NCBI GenBank assembly: GCA_020632265.1
Contig: JACKFW010000001.1
Span: forward strand, 791,272 to 855,271
Length of the DNA stretch: 64,000 bases
Source of the DNA: Pseudomonadales bacterium
GTDB lineage: Bacteria > Patescibacteriota > Microgenomatia > UBA1400 > PJMF01
Direction of reading: 5' to 3'
Part shown: piece by piece, positions 51,880 to 60,862 of the stretch
Numbering within the stretch: position 1 is the first letter of the stretch
Layout of the letters: the number at the start of each line of letters is the position of its first letter
Made by a program: the position numbers and the translations under genes
The notes under the pieces: model-generated
Database searches by the model: none
What the model saw: only the letters and a program-made list of their open reading frames with translations
What the model was told of the DNA's origin: nothing

Positions 51880-52096
51880 AATAGGTTCGAACATCCTTCA
51901 CTAGTCCCTGCAAAATAAAATAAATCCCGAATGGGATTTCTTTTATTTTATGGGGTTGATAGGTGAATTTACCCATGCGAAGCATAGTTCTACCACATGG
52001 CGAACAAGCGAGAGCGCAGTGAGCCGGGTTAATGCATGCGAGCCAACTTACAGGAAGTATGATGTGGCGAGTCGCAGATTCCCTTTGGCCCTGCAA
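51880..52096 (+). repeat. Long cassette-boundary element, copy 1 (217 bp). It comprises the boundary motif, an intrinsic terminator hairpin (51917..51950), a ~150-nt GC-rich module and a 19-nt tRNA-Trp 3'-end copy. It is bracketed by the direct repeat CCCTGCAA.
   Basis: Seen directly. It ends in GATTCCCTTTGGCCCTGCAA, which matches the tRNA-Trp 3' end with one C>T change. It is followed by a TATAAT box at 52102..52107. Confidence 0.85.
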
Positions 52097-52107
52097 TATC
52101 CTATAAT
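52068..52107 (+). promoter_or_regulatory. Conserved outward-facing -10-like box (TCCTATAAT) immediately after the boundary elements. It is a candidate cassette promoter. The same arrangement occurs at 53035, 53834, 54767, 58714 and 61725.
   Basis: TATAAT or TATAAC occurs at a fixed offset (+6) after CCCTGCAA in 6 of 12 boundaries. A -35-like TTCACT lies 16 nt upstream in the short-motif versions. Confidence 0.3.
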
Positions 52108-52152
52108 AGTTATTCCGTCAAACAAAATGTGTTATAATTTCTCTAGTTGTTT

Positions 52153-53000
52153 ATGGTAATGACAGAAAAATCTCCAGTTTTAATGAGAGCTAATCCAGTT
52201 GAATTAGTTAAATTAGTTTGGTCTAATCGAGATAAAATTCCTAATTTTTTAAGCAGTTAAGAGAAATTATTAATGACGGAAAAGATTTAAATAAGAGATC
52301 TCTTTATGAAGATCTTAACCATATTAACGAATTATTTGGTACTTCAATTGAAATTGATGGTGTTGAAAATATTCCAAAAGAGGGTGGTGTAGTTGTTGTA
52401 ACATCTCATGTGGTCAATGTTAAAAACGCTCCGGGATGGAAGAACAAAAATGTCAATCCGTTTTGGTGGGCGAGTGGGATTGCTGAGGGTGTTAAAAAAG
52501 CTAGAAATGAAGAAATTCATCCAGTTGTCTATTCTCCAGGATCAAGCCTTTACACTCAAATAATCAGAGATGTATTTGATGGTTTTCCAGTTAGTCATAA
52601 AAAAGATGATAAAAGGAAAAATCACGAATCGATTATGCTGGCAAGAAAAGCAGTTGATCGAGGACAGGTAGTTTTAATAGCACCTGAGGGTGAAAATAGG
52701 ATTGGTTTAAGTAAACCTCACTTGGGTGGAATTAGTCGCTTACTTAGTAGTAGAACTATGTTTGTTCCAGTAGCTTTTTTTGAATTGGAGTCTGGAGGTG
52801 ATTTTTCGTATAAAGTTATTTTTGGAAAGCCAGTGACCTGTGATTTTGATTTACCTCTTCCAAAAAATTCAAGTGATTCTTTGCCACTAGATGAAGATGA
52901 TAGAAATAGAGTTGATGATTTTGTAGATTATTTAATGATTAGAATTGCTTCATTATTACCAGAAGATAAAAGAGGAGTTTATACAGATAAACTTAAATAA
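52153..53000 (+). pseudogene. Cassette 4: PlsC/LPLAT-family acyltransferase-like gene, apparently disrupted by a +1 frameshift at a T6 run (~52244..52250). The downstream ORF (GTG at 52410) continues the protein.
   Basis: ORF 52153..52259 (MVMTEKSPVLMRANPVELVKLVWSNRDKIPNFLSS*) is followed in the +1 frame by ...LFGTSIEIDGVENIPKEGGVVVVTSHVVNV... and APEGENRIG. These are acyltransferase motif I and III-like. The 3' end lies in boundary motif 52997..53029. Confidence 0.45.
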
Positions 53001-53029
53001 GTTCCAACATCGTTCACTAGTCCTTGCAA
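52997..53029 (+). repeat. Short cassette-boundary motif, copy c (variant GTTCCAACATCGTTCACTAGTCCTTGCAA). It is followed by TATAAT at 53035..53040.
   Basis: It overlaps the TAA stop of the acyltransferase-like gene. Confidence 0.75.
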
Positions 53030-53112
53030 TGTCCTATAATAGTTATATCCCCAAAGTACAGTGACATTTCTTCAATATTTTAATTGCAATAACTTATTGT
53101 ATAATTTGATAA

Positions 53113-53556
53113 ATGATATATAACAACTTCAATTATGACAATAAATCAATTCAAAATGATTTTGAACTAGAAAAAGTAACAAAACAAATTGAATCAGAAT
53201 TGATTGAAGGATTTCAATTAAATGAAGATGATGAAATAAAAGTAACTTTCTTCGCTCCAATAGAAATTGGGGTAATAATTAAATCTAAAGAATTTAATAT
53301 AAAGTTTAGTCTTTTAACTAGAAAAATTGGTCGCTGTGTTGATATTTATAGTATTTCGGTCACAAACAAAGGAGTAGGAGTAGGAAGAAAAGTATTAACG
53401 AAAATCGAGGAAATAGGAAAAAAATATAGCTGCAAGATGGTTAATATAATCGGACCCCTAAAGAAAAGTATAAAATTTTACGAAAAACTTGGCTATGTAA
53501 AGAAGTATACTTCCCCTTTTGATAGAGATATGGTAAAGATATTGAGTGCTAATTGA
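53113..53556 (+). CDS. Cassette 5: GNAT-family N-acetyltransferase (147 aa).
   Basis: Motif A region KGVGVGRKVL and FYEKLGYV. It is followed by a long boundary element. Confidence 0.65.
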   Translation: MIYNNFNYDNKSIQNDFELEKVTKQIESELIEGFQLNEDDEIKVTFFAPIEIGVIIKSKEFNIKFSLLTRKIGRCVDIYSISVTNKGVGVGRKVLTKIEEIGKKYSCKMVNIIGPLKKSIKFYEKLGYVKKYTSPFDRDMVKILSAN

Positions 53557-53611
53557 ATTTATGATTTCAGATAACTTTTTTTATTGATGCTTACTTGATA
53601 TCTAATAGAAA

Positions 53612-53828
53612 CATAGGTTCTAACATCCTTCACTAGTCCCTGCAAAATAAAATAAATCCCGAATGGGATTTCTTTTATTTTATGGGGTTGATAGGTGAAT
53701 TTACCCATGCGAAGCATAGTTCTACCACATGGCGAACAAGCGAGAGCGCAGTGAGCCGGGTTAATGCATGCGAGCCAACTTACAGGAAGTATGATGTGGC
53801 GAGTCGCAGATTCCCTTTGGCCCTGCAA
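53612..53828 (+). repeat. Long cassette-boundary element, copy 2.
   Basis: It is identical to copy 1 and lies inside the 1,732-bp duplication. Confidence 0.85.
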
Positions 53829-53884
53829 TATCCTATAATAGTTATTCCGTCAAACAAAATGTGTTATAATTTCTCTAGTTGTTT

Positions 53885-54732
53885 ATGGTAATGACAGAAA
53901 AATCTCCAGTTTTAATGAGAGCTAATCCAGTTGAATTAGTTAAATTAGTTTGGTCTAATCGAGATAAAATTCCTAATTTTTTAAGCAGTTAAGAGAAATT
54001 ATTAATGACGGAAAAGATTTAAATAAGAGATCTCTTTATGAAGATCTTAACCATATTAACGAATTATTTGGTACTTCAATTGAAATTGATGGTGTTGAAA
54101 ATATTCCAAAAGAGGGTGGTGTAGTTGTTGTAACATCTCATGTGGTCAATGTTAAAAACGCTCCGGGATGGAAGAACAAAAATGTCAATCCGTTTTGGTG
54201 GGCGAGTGGGATTGCTGAGGGTGTTAAAAAAGCTAGAAATGAAGAAATTCATCCAGTTGTCTATTCTCCAGGATCAAGCCTTTACACTCAAATAATCAGA
54301 GATGTATTTGATGGTTTTCCAGTTAGTCATAAAAAAGATGATAAAAGGAAAAATCACGAATCGATTATGCTGGCAAGAAAAGCAGTTGATCGAGGACAGG
54401 TAGTTTTAATAGCACCTGAGGGTGAAAATAGGATTGGTTTAAGTAAACCTCACTTGGGTGGAATTAGTCGCTTACTTAGTAGTAGAACTATGTTTGTTCC
54501 AGTAGCTTTTTTTGAATTGGAGTCTGGAGGTGATTTTTCGTATAAAGTTATTTTTGGAAAGCCAGTGACCTGTGATTTTGATTTACCTCTTCCAAAAAAT
54601 TCAAGTGATTCTTTGCCACTAGATGAAGATGATAGAAATAGAGTTGATGATTTTGTAGATTATTTAATGATTAGAATTGCTTCATTATTACCAGAAGATA
54701 AAAGAGGAGTTTATACAGATAAACTTAAATAA
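53885..54732 (+). pseudogene. Duplicate copy of the frameshifted acyltransferase-like cassette (second unit of the 1,732-bp tandem duplication).
   Basis: It is identical to 52153..53000, shifted by 1,732 bp. Confidence 0.45.
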
Positions 54733-54761
54733 GTTCCAACATCGTTCACTAGTCCTTGCAA
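54729..54761 (+). repeat. Short cassette-boundary motif, copy d (duplicate of c).
   Basis: It is identical to copy c, shifted by 1,732 bp. Confidence 0.75.
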
Positions 54762-54844
54762 TGTCCTATAATAGTTATATCCCCAAAGTACAGTGACATT
54801 TCTTCAATATTTTAATTGCAATAACTTATTGTATAATTTGATAA

Positions 54845-55288
54845 ATGATATATAACAACTTCAATTATGACAATAAATCAATTCAAAATGATTTTGAACT
54901 AGAAAAAGTAACAAAACAAATTGAATCAGAATTGATTGAAGGATTTCAATTAAATGAAGATGATGAAATAAAAGTAACTTTCTTCGCTCCAATAGAAATT
55001 GGGGTAATAATTAAATCTAAAGAATTTAATATAAAGTTTAGTCTTTTAACTAGAAAAATTGGTCGCTGTGTTGATATTTATAGTATTTCGGTCACAAACA
55101 AAGGAGTAGGAGTAGGAAGAAAAGTATTAACGAAAATCGAGGAAATAGGAAAAAAATATAGCTGCAAGATGGTTAATATAATCGGACCCCTAAAGAAAAG
55201 TATAAAATTTTACGAAAAACTTGGCTATGTAAAGAAGTATACTTCCCCTTTTGATAGAGATATGGTAAAGATATTGAGTGCTAATTGA
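54845..55288 (+). CDS. Duplicate GNAT-family acetyltransferase cassette.
   Basis: It is identical to 53113..53556, shifted by 1,732 bp. Confidence 0.65.
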   Translation: MIYNNFNYDNKSIQNDFELEKVTKQIESELIEGFQLNEDDEIKVTFFAPIEIGVIIKSKEFNIKFSLLTRKIGRCVDIYSISVTNKGVGVGRKVLTKIEEIGKKYSCKMVNIIGPLKKSIKFYEKLGYVKKYTSPFDRDMVKILSAN

Positions 55289-55343
55289 ATTTATGATTTC
55301 AGATAACTTTTTTTATTGATGCTTACTTGATATCTAATAGAAA

Positions 55344-55560
55344 CATAGGTTCTAACATCCTTCACTAGTCCCTGCAAAATAAAATAAATCCCGAATGGGA
55401 TTTCTTTTATTTTATGGGGTTGATAGGTGAATTTACCCATGCGAAGCATAGTTCTACCACATGGCGAACAAGCGAGAGCGCAGTGAGCCAGGTTAATGCA
55501 TGCGAGCCAACTTACAGGAAGTATGATGTGGCGAGTCGCAGATTCCCTCTGGCCCTGCAA
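55344..55560 (+). repeat. Long cassette-boundary element, copy 3.
   Basis: It is near-identical. Its 3' 19 nt exactly match the tRNA-Trp 3' end (GATTCCCTCTGGCCCTGCA). Confidence 0.85.
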
Positions 55561-55669
55561 ACGTTCAATTTTTGACTGTAAATAGGCCTTTTTTAATTTA
55601 AGTATTTTCAAAATTCAGATACTTTGCTGAAAAATAGTGTTTAGCAATACTTTGATATAATGTTGGCTT

Positions 55670-56830
55670 ATGATTTCTAAAGAACATATTCCACTCGGAG
55701 CATACTTTTATCCATTAACTAACTCATGTCCTATTAGAAATAAGAGGGCGAAAGAACTGGGATTTAAGTCTTCAACTAATGAAACACTATTAGCTCAAGA
55801 AGCCGAGTCCTTATTTGAAGGACACGATCAACCAAAGACCTACTCTTTAGGTGATCTCGATAAAACAGTTTGGGATGATAGTGACAGGGATTCAATGGCT
55901 ATACAAATTGAATTAGCTCAGGAGCATGAGCTAGATTTTTTTATTTTTAATTCTTACATGGGAAATAGGTATGGAGTGTTTATGCATGAAGCAAGCGCGC
56001 CTTTAGATGACAATTTTTTAGAAATAGTTGATCCGAATGGTATGAAATTTGCTACAATGATTACTAAAGGTGGAACTAGAGCTGCACTTCCAATTCCTTT
56101 TGGAGAGGCCTCAAGCGAGCCTAATCGCGACTATGATATCTCTGTTGAATCCGCAAGGGCAATAGTGGACAAGTGTGCTCGAACGTATTGGGATCATCCA
56201 AATTATTTATTTTTACAACAAAAACCATATTTGTCTTATTGGTTGCCAGGATTTTCAAATAATAAAATTGCACAACAACATGTTACTGATTTTGTTGATG
56301 AAATTTATAATTATTCTCTAAAACAATATGGCATCGATCCTTATTTAGTTGGGGTTATTAAGAGAGCAAACCAAGTTAGAAGTTATATTGAATTGGGATT
56401 AGATCATTTAACTTCATATGCCATGTTGGCAGATTTTTCTTCTCAAGCCGATCCCATACAGGTATATGAGGATAGAGTTGAAGCAGTTGGCAAAGAGTGG
56501 GCTGAGATAAAAGATTTGGGAGCTATTTTTGTTCCATCCGCTGTTATTGGTTGGGATGGTTCTCCTAGGGGAGAAAAAGGTCGATCATGGAATGAAGTTA
56601 AAGGAACTTACCCACACTCGCCAGTCATTATTGATGAAACCCCAGAAAAATTTAGCATTATGCTGGCAAATGCACTAAAGTTTGTAGCAGAAAATGTCCC
56701 TAAAGAAGATCGGTATGGTGTTGTTTGCGCTTGGAATGAAGTTACTGAAGGAAGTGCGCTTTTGCCTAGAATATTTGACAATGAACCAAGTTTCGCATAT
56801 TTAGAAATAATAAAAAATTTAAGTAAGTAG
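55670..56830 (+). CDS. Cassette: hypothetical protein (386 aa), possibly glycoside-hydrolase or WbsX-like. The assignment is weak.
   Basis: Long ORF bounded by long repeat elements on both sides. Confidence 0.45.
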   Translation: MISKEHIPLGAYFYPLTNSCPIRNKRAKELGFKSSTNETLLAQEAESLFEGHDQPKTYSLGDLDKTVWDDSDRDSMAIQIELAQEHELDFFIFNSYMGNRYGVFMHEASAPLDDNFLEIVDPNGMKFATMITKGGTRAALPIPFGEASSEPNRDYDISVESARAIVDKCARTYWDHPNYLFLQQKPYLSYWLPGFSNNKIAQQHVTDFVDEIYNYSLKQYGIDPYLVGVIKRANQVRSYIELGLDHLTSYAMLADFSSQADPIQVYEDRVEAVGKEWAEIKDLGAIFVPSAVIGWDGSPRGEKGRSWNEVKGTYPHSPVIIDETPEKFSIMLANALKFVAENVPKEDRYGVVCAWNEVTEGSALLPRIFDNEPSFAYLEIIKNLSK

Positions 56831-56903
56831 CTTTATAAAAAAGCACGTGAATTTTTTTGACTTACTTATTATAAGCCCAAAACCACCTCCCAACTAGAGG
56901 AAA

Positions 56904-57119
56904 AATAGGTTCGAACATCCTTCACTAGGCCCTGCAAAATAAAATAAATCCCGAATGGGATTTCTTTTATTTTATGGGGTTGATAGGTGAATTTACCCAT
57001 GCGAAGCATAGTTCTACCACATGGCGAACAAGCGAGAGCGCAGTGAGCCAGGTTAATGCATGCGAGCCAACTTACAGGAAGTATGATGTGGCGAGTCGCA
57101 GATTCCCTCTGGCCCTGCA
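56904..57119 (+). repeat. Long cassette-boundary element, copy 4.
   Basis: It is near-identical and shares an extra ~45 bp of upstream homology with copy 1 (TTATAAGCCCAAAACCACCTCCC.ACT.GAGGAAAAATAGG). Confidence 0.85.
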
Positions 57120-57204
57120 TCTCAATTTTTTACTTAATTCCTCTCAAGTATAAGGGTTCTGACCACAACATAGACAGTGAGACAAAATAGAACCTAGGGT
57201 ATAC

Positions 57205-57729
57205 TTGCAATATATGAGGGATTTTCAAAATATTTCATTGATTATTGTTTCAGGTCCACTTGGATCGGGAAAATCTAGTCTTTGCAAGAAAATTGAAGAT
57301 GAGCTTGCATTTTCTCGAGTTGATGGTGATTCATTTTTTGTTCCGCTCGAAAAAACTAGTTTGAGTTGGGAGGAAAGAGGACAAAAAAGTTGGCAGTGGA
57401 TAGCTAGTCAAACAAAAAAACACCTTAGCAGTGGAAAAAAAGTTGTTCTTGATTTTGTTGTAGAAAATGAATTACCTTGGTTTTTGTCACAAATAGAAGA
57501 ATATAATGTGCGGGTTAAATATATTGTGTTAATTGCTGAAGAAGAAACAATTAAGAAAAGATTGCATAAGAGAGATGGTGGTCTTCAATACTACGAACGA
57601 TCAAAAGTTCTTTTGGATCAACTGAAAAACGAACCCCAAAATAACAAATATCTGCTAGACACAACTGGGATGACTACTGATGAAGTTTATGATTATGTTG
57701 TAAATAACGAACGCTTCATTTTGAAATAG
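57205..57729 (+). CDS. Cassette: P-loop NTPase/kinase (AAA_33, zeta-toxin or small-molecule-kinase-like; 174 aa).
   Basis: Walker A GPLGSGKSS at the N-terminus. The stop codon is embedded in boundary motif 57725..57758. Confidence 0.55.
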   Translation: MQYMRDFQNISLIIVSGPLGSGKSSLCKKIEDELAFSRVDGDSFFVPLEKTSLSWEERGQKSWQWIASQTKKHLSSGKKVVLDFVVENELPWFLSQIEEYNVRVKYIVLIAEEETIKKRLHKRDGGLQYYERSKVLLDQLKNEPQNNKYLLDTTGMTTDEVYDYVVNNERFILK

Positions 57730-57758
57730 GTTTCAACATCCTTCACTAGCCCCTGCAA
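57725..57758 (+). repeat. Short cassette-boundary motif, copy e. It is followed by a decayed remnant of the terminator-hairpin region.
   Basis: AATAGGTTTCAACATCCTTCACTAGCCCCTGCAA, then AGTAAAATAATCCCGATATTGATA. Confidence 0.75.
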
Positions 57759-57811
57759 AGTAAAATAATCCCGATATTGATAACTTGAAATATTCTGATA
57801 TATTTTGAGAG

Positions 57812-58504
57812 ATGTCAAATACTGAAAACAGTGTGTATGTTATTTCTTCAGTCAGGGGTGTCTCTGAACTAGAAAGAACAGAAATTGAGCAACATATAAG
57901 AAACTTGCGTCAGTCGGGAGAAGAAGTATTTGATCCGTATTTAGACGCACCTCAAACTGATACAAGCGGTCTTGCAATAATACTCGCAGAATTGAATTTC
58001 TTGGTAAAGCTGTCAGAGTCTAGTGATCTTGGAAGGGTTGATATTTTTTGGAATCATACAAGTGAGGGTTCAAGGGTAGATGTTGGGATGGCTATAGCCT
58101 TAAACCTAAGGATTAATCTGGTTAAAATTTTTAATGAGAATGAGAGCTCTTCTCCTCAACTTGTGTTGCGACTTATTACCGAAATCTGTGAGCTTCAGGA
58201 AATGAGTAACTGGCCACCACAAAAACGAAAAGAAATTAGCCCTGATCTTGCCAAAACACTCAGATATTTAGATGAAATAAAAAACTCTGAGCAAATATCA
58301 ATTAATTGGAATTCATTGGATTCAGAAGAAGCTGAATTTCAGAGATTAATCTTGGGTTTGTCGCTGGGGACAATGGGTAAGAGAAACAAAAATTTAAAAA
58401 TAAAAATAAGAGATGTTGATGGGTATGTTGACCCCGATGTAAAAAGTTATCCTAATGCAATTTCGGCACTAAATACATTACTGACAACTGAAAATAGGTT
58501 CTAA
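57812..58504 (+). CDS. Cassette: hypothetical protein (230 aa).
   Basis: The ORF terminates at TAA inside the boundary motif (58493..58708), in a different frame from the other cassettes. Confidence 0.45.
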   Translation: MSNTENSVYVISSVRGVSELERTEIEQHIRNLRQSGEEVFDPYLDAPQTDTSGLAIILAELNFLVKLSESSDLGRVDIFWNHTSEGSRVDVGMAIALNLRINLVKIFNENESSSPQLVLRLITEICELQEMSNWPPQKRKEISPDLAKTLRYLDEIKNSEQISINWNSLDSEEAEFQRLILGLSLGTMGKRNKNLKIKIRDVDGYVDPDVKSYPNAISALNTLLTTENRF

Positions 58505-58708
58505 CATCTTTCACTAGTTCCTGCAAAAATAATAAATCCCGAATGGGATTTCTTTTAATTTATGTGGTCGATAGGTGAATTTAGCCATGCAAAGCATAGT
58601 TCTACCACATGGCGAACAAGCGAGAGCGCAGTGAGCCAGGTTAATGCATGCGAGCCAACTTACAGGAAGTATGATGTGGCGAGTCGCAGATTCCCTCTGG
58701 CCCTGCAA
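58493..58708 (+). repeat. Long cassette-boundary element, copy 5 (most diverged).
   Basis: About 90% identical. It has an exact tRNA-Trp 3' copy and is followed by TATAAT at 58714..58719. Confidence 0.85.
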
Positions 58709-58776
58709 AATCCTATAATAGTAATATATTCTTCTCAAACATTGTTTCCAATTTATCTATATGACATAATAAAGTT

Positions 58777-59631
58777 ATGGAAACAGATAAAATCAACACA
58801 CCAACCCAACTAGAAGTAAATCAATCAGAACAAGCAGGTCCACTGCACACCACACAGCCACCTCAAACAAAGAACATGAAAGTTTGGATGGGTGTTGGGA
58901 TATTGTTACTTTTTGTAATATCTGCTGGTAGTTACAGATTGGGTCAGAACAATGGCAAAAAATCATCTAGTATTACTGATAGTAAACTGGAAACTTCAAA
59001 CCCAATAGAGACTGATAATGCTGTGGCATGTACTGCAGATGTCAAAGAATGTCCTGATGGATCATTTGTAGGTAGAGTAGCTCCTAATTGTGAGTTTGAA
59101 GATTGTGGAAATACGATTGATGATCAAGAAACTGAGCAGACTATAGAAAAGAATAGTCTTGAAGAAGGCTCAAATGTTTTACTTTACAAAAATGATATTT
59201 TTGGATTTATGGTTGAATATCCAATAAGTTATACAGTTGTTGATAAGTTGCAGTTAGATAATGCAGAATGGAGACCCGATAAAGATCTTACTTTTATAGA
59301 TGATCAAAATATAAAAAATCCTTCAATTTCTCTAAGATTAGATTATGATGGTTATGGAGTAAGTTTTCCGCTCGAAATATGGAAAATAATTTATGATGAG
59401 CTTCAACAAAAGCTAATTATTGAGAATAAAGAAGTTCAGGATAGATCCTTTATTAAAGAAGCAACAGGAGAAGATATTAGTAATGTATTGATTGTCACTG
59501 GATCAGAAAGAACTATTTTTTCAGACAAGCAAAGGAGTTTGTCTTTTATTTTGAAGTATGAAGGTGAAAAAGATTTAGAAATAGAAAATCAATTTGAAGC
59601 ATTTATTGAGAGTTTTAAGCTAGTTAAATAA
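58777..59631 (+). CDS. Cassette: membrane-anchored protein with a CxxDxxECPDGSFVGRVAPNCEFEDC motif (284 aa).
   Basis: N-terminal TM (VWMGVGILLLFVISAGSY). The Cys motif is shared with ORF 44403..46121. Confidence 0.5.
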   Translation: METDKINTPTQLEVNQSEQAGPLHTTQPPQTKNMKVWMGVGILLLFVISAGSYRLGQNNGKKSSSITDSKLETSNPIETDNAVACTADVKECPDGSFVGRVAPNCEFEDCGNTIDDQETEQTIEKNSLEEGSNVLLYKNDIFGFMVEYPISYTVVDKLQLDNAEWRPDKDLTFIDDQNIKNPSISLRLDYDGYGVSFPLEIWKIIYDELQQKLIIENKEVQDRSFIKEATGEDISNVLIVTGSERTIFSDKQRSLSFILKYEGEKDLEIENQFEAFIESFKLVK

Positions 59632-59672
59632 GTTCTAAATAAATAGCATGTTGGAGTGGTCGTTTGAGGAAA

Positions 59673-59706
59673 AATAGGTTCTAACATCCTTCGCTAGTCC
59701 CTGCAA
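59673..59706 (+). repeat. Short cassette-boundary motif, copy f.
   Basis: GAGGAAAAATAGGTTCTAACATCCTTCGCTAGTCCCTGCAA. Confidence 0.8.
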
Positions 59707-59773
59707 ATAACCAATATTTGCCTATAAATCAATCCAAATTGACTAAGTTCTAATATCGTCTACTTGATACTTT

Positions 59774-60388
59774 TTGTCTGATATACTCATATTATGTATG
59801 CCAAATGATGAAATATCAGTTGAGTCACAACCTGTAGCTGAAAAACCTAAACTGAAAGAACAACCTTTACCTCCTCACTGGACCTATTTAATTCATGGGT
59901 CAAACTTAGAAAAGCCTCAGTGGCAAGGAGATGGAGTTGATCAGTTAGATGGAGATATGTTTATTATCAAAGGATCGGGGCTCTCTGTTATCGATAAAGC
60001 CGATAAAGAGATGGCACAACAAGAAGCTGAGGAAATGAGAGCAAGAGGTATAAAAACTGGTGGTTATAACACCACAAGTAACTATTCAAGAGGCAGAGGC
60101 ACTCCTCTTGAAATTAGAGTGATTTTCCCCTCATTTAATTCGAGGAGTCCCTTAACTAAAGAGCAACGAGCTGAGCTTGTTAAAAAATATGGTGAAGAAA
60201 TAGTCCAGGCTCTTTATGAATTGGCAGATATGGTACATTGGAATAACTACAAGAGTGGCAGACATCCATTTTTACCAAAAGGCATGAAGCTCTCAAAAAT
60301 CATGGATCAAACTTTAGAAGAGAGACGAATCATTCAGTATGTTCCCGAGATGATCTTCAATATATATCAACAAGAGGTGGCTAAATAA
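59774..60388 (+). CDS. Cassette gene: hypothetical protein (204 aa).
   Basis: The ORF abuts the NUDIX gene (TAA-ATG). Confidence 0.45.
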   Translation: MSDILILCMPNDEISVESQPVAEKPKLKEQPLPPHWTYLIHGSNLEKPQWQGDGVDQLDGDMFIIKGSGLSVIDKADKEMAQQEAEEMRARGIKTGGYNTTSNYSRGRGTPLEIRVIFPSFNSRSPLTKEQRAELVKKYGEEIVQALYELADMVHWNNYKSGRHPFLPKGMKLSKIMDQTLEERRIIQYVPEMIFNIYQQEVAK

Positions 60389-60862
60389 ATGACAAAATAT
60401 AACCCAAACCATTCCCAAGAAGTTATAAATTATTTAGTTGGACAGAAAGTAGTCATTTTTAATTCAGAAGGCCAAATTTTATTCTTAAGAAGATCTGAAA
60501 AGTGCACAAGAGCAGGAGGGTGGGATTTTCCAGGAGGTGGATTGGAAAATGAACAACCAACTGAAGGTATTAAAAGAGAGGCAAGAGAAGAAGTGGGTAT
60601 TGAAGTTAGCGGATTGAAACCTGTAGCTTTAATTTCCCATGAAAGCAAAGAACCAGGAGTAAGAGTACTTCTTGTTGGTTATGTTGCTTATTTGAAATCT
60701 GGTAATGTTAAACTTAGTTGGGAGCACGACGCTCATAAATGGCTTAAGATCGACGAAGCTCTTAAAGTTGATTTGCCAGAAGGTCATAGAAAGTTTCTTG
60801 ATGCAGCAATTGAGTCTTGGGAAACAAAATATGTCAGAATACCATCTGGGGTTTTATTATGA
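60389..60862 (+). CDS. NUDIX hydrolase (157 aa).
   Basis: Nudix box GGGLENEQPTEGIKREAREEVGI fits Gx5Ex7REUxEExGU. Confidence 0.75.
   Translation: MTKYNPNHSQEVINYLVGQKVVIFNSEGQILFLRRSEKCTRAGGWDFPGGGLENEQPTEGIKREAREEVGIEVSGLKPVALISHESKEPGVRVLLVGYVAYLKSGNVKLSWEHDAHKWLKIDEALKVDLPEGHRKFLDAAIESWETKYVRIPSGVLL

Larger units (their letters stand above)
51880..55343. repeat. Perfect tandem duplication, 2 x 1,732 bp. Each unit is one long boundary element plus the acyltransferase-like pseudogene, one short motif and the GNAT gene.
   Basis: ORF coordinates and sequences repeat exactly with an offset of 1,732 (for example 52410..53000 = 54142..54732 and 53113..53556 = 54845..55288). Confidence 0.85.

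Noticed and set aside
51845-52159. ORF-track proteins inside the long repeat (MQGQRESATRH... on the minus strand, MGLIGEFTHAKHSS... on the plus strand; five copies each).
   Set aside because: Both strands are open only because the segment is GC-rich in an AT-rich genome. The minus ORF must read through a terminator hairpin and the tRNA-derived core. They are treated as probable non-coding and kept only as a low-priority alternative in the findings.
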